32,000 nucleotides of DNA from Clostridium cellulovorans 743B (GTDB taxonomy: Bacteria > Bacillota > Clostridia > Clostridiales > Clostridiaceae): positions 1,119,367-1,151,366 of the forward strand of contig NC_014393.1 of assembly GCF_000145275.1 (NCBI RefSeq). Direction: 5' to 3'. Both the position numbers and the translations under genes were made by a program. This document shows positions 25,802 to 32,000 of this stretch, piece after piece (the first letter of the stretch is position 1; each line of letters begins with the position of its first letter). The notes beneath the pieces were generated by a model. That model ran no database searches, was not told where the DNA came from, and was given only the letters and a program-made list of their open reading frames with translations.

Positions 25802-25857
25802 CAATCTATTAATAAATTCGTAATGTAACTTTCATTTTATAAATGTAGGAGGGAAAT

Positions 25858-27240
25858 ATGAGAGAGGATTATTATCCATTATTAAAAGATACAGTAAGAA
25901 TAAAAAAAATGCCTTCAGGTTGTTGGGTTGTAGATTTAGTTGCAGATAATGGAGCGGTTATACATCCATTCGAGGCATTCGCTTTATCTCTCTGTACAGG
26001 TGAATATACTCTTGAAAATCTGAAATATATATTTTCATCAGTTTTTAGTATAGAAAAAAGCGACTATATTGATACTATTTTTAATAAGCTCGACAGATAT
26101 ATTATATGGAAGGACAAGGTTTCAGCTTGTAACCATAAATATGATCCAAAAACATTTTTATATGATATTAAAACTACAGAAAATTCTTCTAAAAACAGAT
26201 TTGATAGCCCTGGTGAGATGACTATAATTCTAACACATAACTGCAATTTTAGATGTATATATTGTTTCAACAATTCAGGAGAGGCAAAAACTGTTCAGTT
26301 AAATACCAATGAATGGCTTGAGGTAATAAAGCAAGCTAGGGAATTAGGAATAGTAAAATGTACTGTAAGTGGTGGAGAGCCAATGTTACATCCCGGATTT
26401 TTTGATATTCTAAGAGCTATTACGGATAGTGGAATGTCTGTATACATATGCACAAATGGAAGTCTTGTTGATGAAAATGTGGTAAAACAATTTAAGGAAA
26501 TAGGATTGCCATGTGTTCAATTTAGTCTTGATGCTGGTACACCAGAAATTCATGATAAAATGGCAACTGTAAAAGGAACATATCCAAAAGTAATTAATGC
26601 TATTAAACTCCTTGTAGGTGCTGGGATAGATGTATATATCAAGTCGGTAATTACACCTGTCAATTATAGTGATATAAGTAATCTTATAGATTTATGTAGT
26701 GAATTAGGTGTGAAACAATTAGTACTTGATAGATTTGATCTTAGCAATGCAGGCAGAGGAGGTACTGAACTTTTTATGACAAGAAAGCAAGAGCTTGACT
26801 TAGAAGATTTAGTACAAACAAAGATAAAAGAACTCTCAGGGAAAATGATACTTAAGGCAGCTACAGTTCAAAGATGTTGGTCTGGTGAGGATAATATAGT
26901 AGTATGTGGAGCATTTAGACGTTCTATAAATATTCTTCCGAATGGTGATATAAGTGTATGTGAAAAACTCATCGAAGTACCTGAGATGACAGCAGGTAAT
27001 GTAAAAGACAATACACTTGAGGAGATATGGAATTCTAAAAAAGTTAGTGATATTGTTAATCCAAGTAAAGATATTATAGACGAACCTTGTAAAACTTGTG
27101 AACACTTAGATCATTGCCATACAGGATGTTATGCTTTATCTTTACTTGTCAGTGAAAATCCATACTCTATAGATCCAAGATGTTGGAAAGGAAATTATTC
27201 TAATAAATTTTTTATGGATTCAACTTATGAAAGGATATAG
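25858..27240 (+). CDS. Radical SAM / SPASM-domain peptide maturase with N-terminal RRE(PqqD)-like extension, paralogue 1
   Basis: CNFRCIYC (26242..26265), SGGEPMLHP, CX12GX4C (CGAFRRSINILPNGDISVC) and CX2CX5CX3C (CKTCEHLDHCHTGC). About 110 aa precede the rSAM core. RBS AGGAGGG. Confidence 0.88.
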   Translation: MREDYYPLLKDTVRIKKMPSGCWVVDLVADNGAVIHPFEAFALSLCTGEYTLENLKYIFSSVFSIEKSDYIDTIFNKLDRYIIWKDKVSACNHKYDPKTFLYDIKTTENSSKNRFDSPGEMTIILTHNCNFRCIYCFNNSGEAKTVQLNTNEWLEVIKQARELGIVKCTVSGGEPMLHPGFFDILRAITDSGMSVYICTNGSLVDENVVKQFKEIGLPCVQFSLDAGTPEIHDKMATVKGTYPKVINAIKLLVGAGIDVYIKSVITPVNYSDISNLIDLCSELGVKQLVLDRFDLSNAGRGGTELFMTRKQELDLEDLVQTKIKELSGKMILKAATVQRCWSGEDNIVVCGAFRRSINILPNGDISVCEKLIEVPEMTAGNVKDNTLEEIWNSKKVSDIVNPSKDIIDEPCKTCEHLDHCHTGCYALSLLVSENPYSIDPRCWKGNYSNKFFMDSTYERI

Positions 27241-27242
27241 TT

Positions 27243-28646
27243 ATGTCAATTATAAAATTTGAAGTGAATTCTAGGGAAAGACACCTTTATCCAGTGCGAG
27301 CTAGATATATAAGGACTCATATTATGAATAATTATAATATGATATCTAATTTTAGAGATGGTGGATCTGAATATATATCAACACAAAAAGCATTGATTTT
27401 TGAATTATTTAGCGGCAAATATGATATTGAAACTATTACTAAAATATTTTCAGGTACATTTGAGATTGATTTAGAAAAATCAGAACAATGTATAAAAGCT
27501 GTTCTGGATGAATACGCTTCACATATAACATTCTATCCACATGAAATCCAAACAGATTTATCCTGTGATCCCATGAGGATTCTGAAAAAGTCTTCTACAA
27601 AGTGGCAATATAATCCTGTGAGATATGAAAGTCCTGAGGAGTTAGTGCTATCCCTTTCATATGTGTGTAATCATAAATGTATTTATTGTTGTAATAGTTC
27701 TGGAAGCCGTATAGAAGATGAACTTTCGTTTAATGATTGGATTAAAGTAATTGACGAAGCTGCAGATTTAGGGGTTGAAACAATACTTTTTTCTGGTGGC
27801 GAACCATTAATGTATCCAGACTTTATAAAGTTAGTAAAGCGAACAAAAGATAATGGTATATATCCAATAGTTTCAACTAATGGTACATTGATATCTGAAG
27901 AAACTGCAAAACAACTTTCAGAAGCAGGTATAGACTTTGTTCATTTAAGTATGTCGGCAGCAAATGAAGAATTATATGATAGTATTATAGGTTATAAAGG
28001 TAATCTTCCTAAAGTGAAAGCTGCAATAAAAGCATTAAAAGATAATAATATTTATATTAGGTTAAAAGTGGTTTTAATGCCTGTGAATATAAAGCATATT
28101 GAGGAATTGTTAGATTTCTGTATTGAAAATAAAGTAGATTGCGTACATTTAGCGCCATTTATACTTACACATATATCACGAAATGGGAAAGAACTCATGC
28201 CCTCAGTAAACGATTTAAATAACTTGAAAAAAGTGATAAACAGTAAGAGAAATAAAATTAAAATATTAGAACCTTCTGTTGAGGGAATGTGCTGGAGTGG
28301 ACCAACTGACATTGTAAAATGTGGTGGAATAAAATCTAAACTGACGATTATTTCAAATGGGAATATAACACTTTGTGAGACTCTAGGTAAGACCCCTAAT
28401 TTTATATTAGGTAATGTGAAAACAACAAAAATAAAAGATATATGGAACTCTGATTTACCTGATAATATATTAAAGGTAAATATGAAATTAGTTGAAGAAC
28501 CCTGCAAAAGTTGTGAGTATTTAGAAGGGTGTAAAACAGGTTGTTTTATGTGTTCATTAATATATTCTGATAATTCATATTCAGTTGATCCAAGATGTTG
28601 GAAAGCTAATATCTCGAATAATGCTTATAGAAGTATTTATAGTTAG
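27243..28646 (+). CDS. Radical SAM / SPASM-domain peptide maturase with N-terminal RRE-like extension, paralogue 2
   Basis: CNHKCIYC (27666..27689), SGGEPLMYP, CGGIKSKLTIISNGNITLC and CKSCEYLEGCKTGC. It shares the C-terminal DPRCWK.N.SN tail with paralogue 1. It starts 2 nt after the preceding stop. Confidence 0.88.
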   Translation: MSIIKFEVNSRERHLYPVRARYIRTHIMNNYNMISNFRDGGSEYISTQKALIFELFSGKYDIETITKIFSGTFEIDLEKSEQCIKAVLDEYASHITFYPHEIQTDLSCDPMRILKKSSTKWQYNPVRYESPEELVLSLSYVCNHKCIYCCNSSGSRIEDELSFNDWIKVIDEAADLGVETILFSGGEPLMYPDFIKLVKRTKDNGIYPIVSTNGTLISEETAKQLSEAGIDFVHLSMSAANEELYDSIIGYKGNLPKVKAAIKALKDNNIYIRLKVVLMPVNIKHIEELLDFCIENKVDCVHLAPFILTHISRNGKELMPSVNDLNNLKKVINSKRNKIKILEPSVEGMCWSGPTDIVKCGGIKSKLTIISNGNITLCETLGKTPNFILGNVKTTKIKDIWNSDLPDNILKVNMKLVEEPCKSCEYLEGCKTGCFMCSLIYSDNSYSVDPRCWKANISNNAYRSIYS

Positions 28647-28708
28647 CTTTTATTACTAAGTTTCAATTAAATTAGAATAATAATTTATTTAATAATAAGG
28701 AGACAAAA

Positions 28709-29842
28709 ATGAAATATATTTTTTTAAGCGATGTTCATATAGGTGAAAATATTCCAGAAAACTGGTATCAGAAATCTGTTCATCAAGTATACCTTAAAGC
28801 TATTTTACAATACATACAAGCAAATGCACAGCAAATACAAGATGTTGTTATTCTTGGAGATTGGTTTGATTCATGGATGTATCCGCCTGAACCTCAAATT
28901 TCAGCTACAGTAACTGAAATCATAAATAATAATCTCGAAGTGTTTACTGTGCAGGATGATGGAGATTTTATTACTTGTATGGATAGTATAAAAGGAGACT
29001 TATATTATGTTCGTGGAAATCATGATATGACTATAGATTTCAATGAATTAAATAATTATATAAAGCTTCATAGTAAGAAAAACAAACAAGTAGTATGTTT
29101 GGATGAAGCTTATGGGGTAAATGGCATTTATGCTGAGCATGGTCATTACTTTGATTTACTTTGTAAACCTGATCTCGGTGACAAAAATCTGTACAAGCCG
29201 TTACCTATAGGTTATTTTGTTTCAAGAGTTTCAGCTTTGTATTGTCAACAAAAATTGCAAGAGGCTGGTAATCAGAATGCAGCTCAACTACCTGGTCAAG
29301 GAAACCCTGATATGTCCAGTATTTTGAAGGCAATAGTGTCAAATTATTCTGGAGATTATAGTAATTTTGCAAATGTGATAATGTCAACCCTTTCAAATTT
29401 AGTTAAGTGTCCGGATATGACTAAATTAGTTTTTACAATGCCTGATGGTACAGTAATAAATGCAGCAGATGTTGCAAAGATGTATCCTGATATTTTGAAA
29501 AATCAGCAAGACTTAACTAGCTTACTTGTAGTTGATGCGGACAACTCTTTAGACAATAATGGTGAAAATTTATGTAATAGTAGTTATAAAGGAATTAAAA
29601 ATAGAGTTGTAGTAATGGGACATACGCATGTAGATAGACTTCAAAGTCACTATACATTATTTAATGGTAAGACTATTTACGTCAATTCAGGTTTTATGTG
29701 TCCAGCAATTCCAGACATAAGTACTGGTATGGTAATGACATTTACTGAAGTTGAACAAAATGGTTCAACATTTACAGTTAGGTTAAAGAAAGTTAATTAT
29801 CCAGGCACAAGTATATCAACGTTAACAGAAGCTACTATTTGA
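28709..29842 (+). CDS. Calcineurin-like metallophosphoesterase
   Basis: Metallophosphoesterase (MPE) motifs LSDVHIG, GDWFDSW, RGNHD, EHGH and MGHTH. RBS AAGGAG. No signal peptide. Confidence 0.8.
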   Translation: MKYIFLSDVHIGENIPENWYQKSVHQVYLKAILQYIQANAQQIQDVVILGDWFDSWMYPPEPQISATVTEIINNNLEVFTVQDDGDFITCMDSIKGDLYYVRGNHDMTIDFNELNNYIKLHSKKNKQVVCLDEAYGVNGIYAEHGHYFDLLCKPDLGDKNLYKPLPIGYFVSRVSALYCQQKLQEAGNQNAAQLPGQGNPDMSSILKAIVSNYSGDYSNFANVIMSTLSNLVKCPDMTKLVFTMPDGTVINAADVAKMYPDILKNQQDLTSLLVVDADNSLDNNGENLCNSSYKGIKNRVVVMGHTHVDRLQSHYTLFNGKTIYVNSGFMCPAIPDISTGMVMTFTEVEQNGSTFTVRLKKVNYPGTSISTLTEATI

Positions 29843-29937
29843 GATTAGATTATAATAAATTACTTAACGTCTTTACGGATAACTTACAGATTATAGTTTT
29901 AGGACAGTGCGTAGATTGTATAGAAGAAAGTATATAA

Positions 29938-30006
29938 GTTCCAATAATGTTTCTACACAAAGTTATATACTGTAGTTGAAATAAAGGTAGTTCATTTATT
30001 GGAACA
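29938..30006. repeat. Structured intergenic element, copy B
   Basis: GTTCCAATAATGTTTCTACA (29938..29957) matches 16941..16960 at 19 of 20 nt. Outer stem GTTCCAATAA / TTATTGGAAC (29997..30006) and inner stem CTACA / TGTAG (29971..29975). It lies between convergent genes. Confidence 0.6.
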
Positions 30007-30056
30007 GTTATACAAGATCATTGAAAGAATTAAATGAGCATACTTAATAGGGAAAG

Positions 30057-30731
30057 TTATTTAATGATACTCTCTACATAAAGAGTAAATGCAGTTTTTT
30101 TACTTTCATTGCCTTGTGCATCTTTATATACAGATATAAACTTTCCGTCTATATAAGAACTTTTTTTATTAAAGCTTGTGGTTCCATTAAAGTAAAATTG
30201 GGAACTAGAAGCTTTAATGTGTGTAACACTAAAAGTTGGATTAGTGTCGAGATTTGTTACTTTAAAAGTAGCTCCGTCCTCATTAATAGATAATTCTTTA
30301 GTGACTCTAGAACTTGCAGATAATTCTTTGGTGTCTCCAGAACTTACAGAAGATACTGAGAACGGATACTCGCAGCCAAATATAGGACTAGTGTTATTAA
30401 TTGCAAGAGCATTAGAAGAAGAAAGTTTGATAGCAAACATTAAGGGCTCATAAGGTACTATTTCAATCCAGCAATCTTCAAAACCTTGTCCAAAGCTTAA
30501 ATTAGTATCTATAATAATTTTTGACATATGATTATCTAAATATATTTCACCAGATACTTGTGGCAGGCATTCGGAAAGATTTTTGATTTTATTGTTGATG
30601 TCTAAGGAAAATTTAATGTTAGAGGTATTATCAGGGGTTGTTATGTATATTTCTGTAGAACTTAGCGTATTATTTTGAAACTTTGGATTAAAAATTACAT
30701 TTATAGAACTTGGTGTCTTTATATTTGTCAT
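30057..30731 (-). CDS. Hypothetical protein (224 aa, Ser/Thr/Asn-rich, no signal peptide)
   Basis: A strong RBS AAGGAG precedes the ATG on the minus strand. The gene lies 42 nt downstream of the LytTR regulator gene. I recognise no family. Confidence 0.7.
   Translation of the reverse strand: MTNIKTPSSINVIFNPKFQNNTLSSTEIYITTPDNTSNIKFSLDINNKIKNLSECLPQVSGEIYLDNHMSKIIIDTNLSFGQGFEDCWIEIVPYEPLMFAIKLSSSNALAINNTSPIFGCEYPFSVSSVSSGDTKELSASSRVTKELSINEDGATFKVTNLDTNPTFSVTHIKASSSQFYFNGTTSFNKKSSYIDGKFISVYKDAQGNESKKTAFTLYVESIIK
30288..30347. repeat. 30-bp tandem duplication inside the hypothetical CDS
   Basis: AGATAATTCTTTAGTGACTCTAGAACTTGC / AGATAATTCTTTGGTGTCTCCAGAACTTAC (26 of 30 identical). It encodes the ..TKELS.. 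decapeptide twice on the minus strand. Confidence 0.8.
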
Positions 30732-30773
30732 TTTTACACTCCTTTTAAATTTAAATATTTTTGTTAATAAGAA

Positions 30774-31535
30774 TTACAAACCAAAGAGGCTTTTAAAACT
30801 AGTCATATAACTTCTGCTTACAGTTATATCAGAGTTGGAATCTCCATCCATTATTAACTTAAAGGTGCTATTGAACCAAGGAATAATTTCAGCTATCTTT
30901 TTAGTATTCACGATGAAGCTTTTGTGACAGCGAAAGAAACTAAGTTCATTTAATCTATCCTCATAATAATTAAGAGTTTCTTTGCTAGTGTAAGTCTTTC
31001 CTTTACAGGTGTTAATTTTCACATAACCACATTCTGAAAAAATAAAGCTTATATCTTCAATATCGCAAAGAAAGATTCTATCATTTTCCCATAGAGGTAG
31101 CTTTGAAATATTAGTTTTCATAGCTTTTTCTTTTATAAATTGATTTTTTTTAAATTTTTCCTTGGTAGTTTGGTCAACAGAAAACTTACTTAGTCTTTTA
31201 ATTGTTGCTTTTATTCTTTGTGGATCGATAGGCTTTAGTATATAGTCGATAGCACTTAACTCGAAGGCTTTTATCGCATAGTCGTCATAGGCAGTAACAA
31301 AAACAATTTTCATTTCCTCGTCATGGGATAAGATTTCTGCTGCACAAGATAACCCGTCAATTTCAGGCATGGAGATGTCAAGAAAAACTGCATCAGGTTT
31401 GTCAGTAATAATTTTCTTGATAGCTTCCAATGAGTCTTGGTACATTCCTATAATTTCAATATCCTCTTCTTTTGATAAGTAGTATTTAAGGTTATTAAGA
31501 CTTGCTAATTCATCGTCTACAAGTATTACTCTCAT
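30774..31535 (-). CDS. LytR/AlgR-family response regulator (receiver plus LytTR DNA-binding domain)
   Basis: MRVILVDDE.., FLDISMPEIDG, and a C-terminal LytTR-like segment (FFRCHKSFIVN, ITVSRSY). Confidence 0.9.
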   Translation of the reverse strand: MRVILVDDELASLNNLKYYLSKEEDIEIIGMYQDSLEAIKKIITDKPDAVFLDISMPEIDGLSCAAEILSHDEEMKIVFVTAYDDYAIKAFELSAIDYILKPIDPQRIKATIKRLSKFSVDQTTKEKFKKNQFIKEKAMKTNISKLPLWENDRIFLCDIEDISFIFSECGYVKINTCKGKTYTSKETLNYYEDRLNELSFFRCHKSFIVNTKKIAEIIPWFNSTFKLIMDGDSNSDITVSRSYMTSFKSLFGL

Positions 31536-31677
31536 GTATTTTATTTCCTCCCTTTATCTAAGCCTGACTTTTTTATGGTACTCCACGATAGGATTCTTAT
31601 TTATTTAAGCTTTCTGTTTTATTTATCAAAGGTAACTCCTCCTCGATTCCTCGGAGGAGTAAGTTCTGTTGGCTAAA

Positions 31678-32000
31678 TCAAAGATTTAGAGCATCACTTA
31701 AAGGTAATTCTAAGGTTACAATGGTACCTATTCCCTTGGTACTTTTTATTTTAATGGATTTGCCGTAAATCCTTTGTATACGGTTCTGAATATTTGAGAT
31801 ACCTATTCCTGCTTTCTTATCTGAACTGTTAAGTAAGGCAGTTAATTTTTCTTCAGTCATTCCTACTCCATCATCCTCAACGATAATAATAAGCATGTTA
31901 TTATTTTTTTTAACTGTGAGTCTTACAGTGCCTCCATCTTTACAGGGCAGTATTCCATGTCTTACTGAGTTTTCTACAATTGGTTGAATGATATATGCAG
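31678..32000 (-). CDS. Sensor histidine kinase, C-terminal HATPase part only (gene continues beyond the window)
   Basis: The minus-strand frame is open from nt 32000 (..AYIIQPIVENSVRHGILPCKDGGTVRLTVKK..) into the 31678..31896 ORF. N-box QPIVENSVRHG and G-boxes DDGVGM and GIGISN resemble LytS/YesM-type kinases. Confidence 0.8.
   Translation of the reverse strand, partial: AYIIQPIVENSVRHGILPCKDGGTVRLTVKKNNNMLIIIVEDDGVGMTEEKLTALLNSSDKKAGIGISNIQNRIQRIYGKSIKIKSTKGIGTIVTLELPLSDALNL

Noticed and set aside
28052-28507. 151-aa minus-strand ORF inside the second rSAM gene. The same applies to 26064..26273, 26836..27105, 25373..25573 and 29205..29396 within the peptide locus.
   Set aside because: These ORFs are antisense to CDSs with strong motif support. 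They have low-complexity, Phe/Ile/Ser-rich translations typical of shadow ORFs in AT-rich DNA, and no RBS.
25858-28646. The rSAM-SPASM proteins as anaerobic sulfatase-maturating enzymes or PqqE-type cofactor enzymes.
   Set aside because: No sulfatase or pqq genes are nearby. Both proteins have leader-binding-type N-terminal extensions and sit directly after a small Cys-rich ORF. This still needs HMM or phylogenetic confirmation.
24211-29842. Classification of the locus as a lanthipeptide, thiopeptide or lasso cluster.
   Set aside because: The window has no LanB/LanC/LanM/LanKC-like, YcaO/cyclodehydratase, or lasso cyclase/B-protein genes. The only modifying enzymes are rSAM-SPASM proteins.
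31678-31896. 72-aa ORF as a complete small gene.
   Set aside because: The reading frame stays open upstream to the window end and encodes the N-box of a histidine kinase. The listed Met is internal, so this is the 3' part of a larger kinase gene.

Overview
Low-GC, Clostridium-like chromosomal segment. A GH9-CBM3c-dockerin cellulase suggests a cellulosome-producing clostridium, but I cannot name the species from sequence alone. Most of the window is a patchwork of unrelated small operons. These are: a 5'-truncated GH31 glycosidase; an OmpR-type two-component system (TCS) with a downstream secreted protein; a patch of three disrupted genes (hexapeptide acetyltransferase, GNAT, small membrane protein) around an intact DJ-1/PfpI gene; an orphan sugar-binding lipoprotein divergent from a NarL/LuxR-type TCS and two SDR oxidoreductases; a DUF975 membrane protein; the cellulosomal GH9 enzyme; a small ParB-like-domain protein; a T-box-controlled, atypical methionyl-tRNA synthetase; an IS200-family element; a PadR/DUF2812/flavodoxin unit; and a DedA membrane protein. 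The stand-out region is 24.2-29.8 kb. It is a co-directional five-gene locus: a signal-peptide-less S8 subtilase, a 68-aa ORF with a Cys/Thr/Pro-rich C-terminus, two tandem paralogous radical-SAM/SPASM enzymes with N-terminal RRE-like extensions, and a metallophosphoesterase. This looks like a radical-SAM (sacti-/ranthipeptide-type) RiPP pathway whose precursor I cannot place in any named family. It has an unusual accessory gene set and no visible exporter. A LytTR-type TCS plus an unknown repeat-containing protein converges on it from the right edge. No rRNA, tRNA or CRISPR array was seen. All functional calls come from motif recognition in the supplied translations and from reading the DNA. 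No database search was possible.
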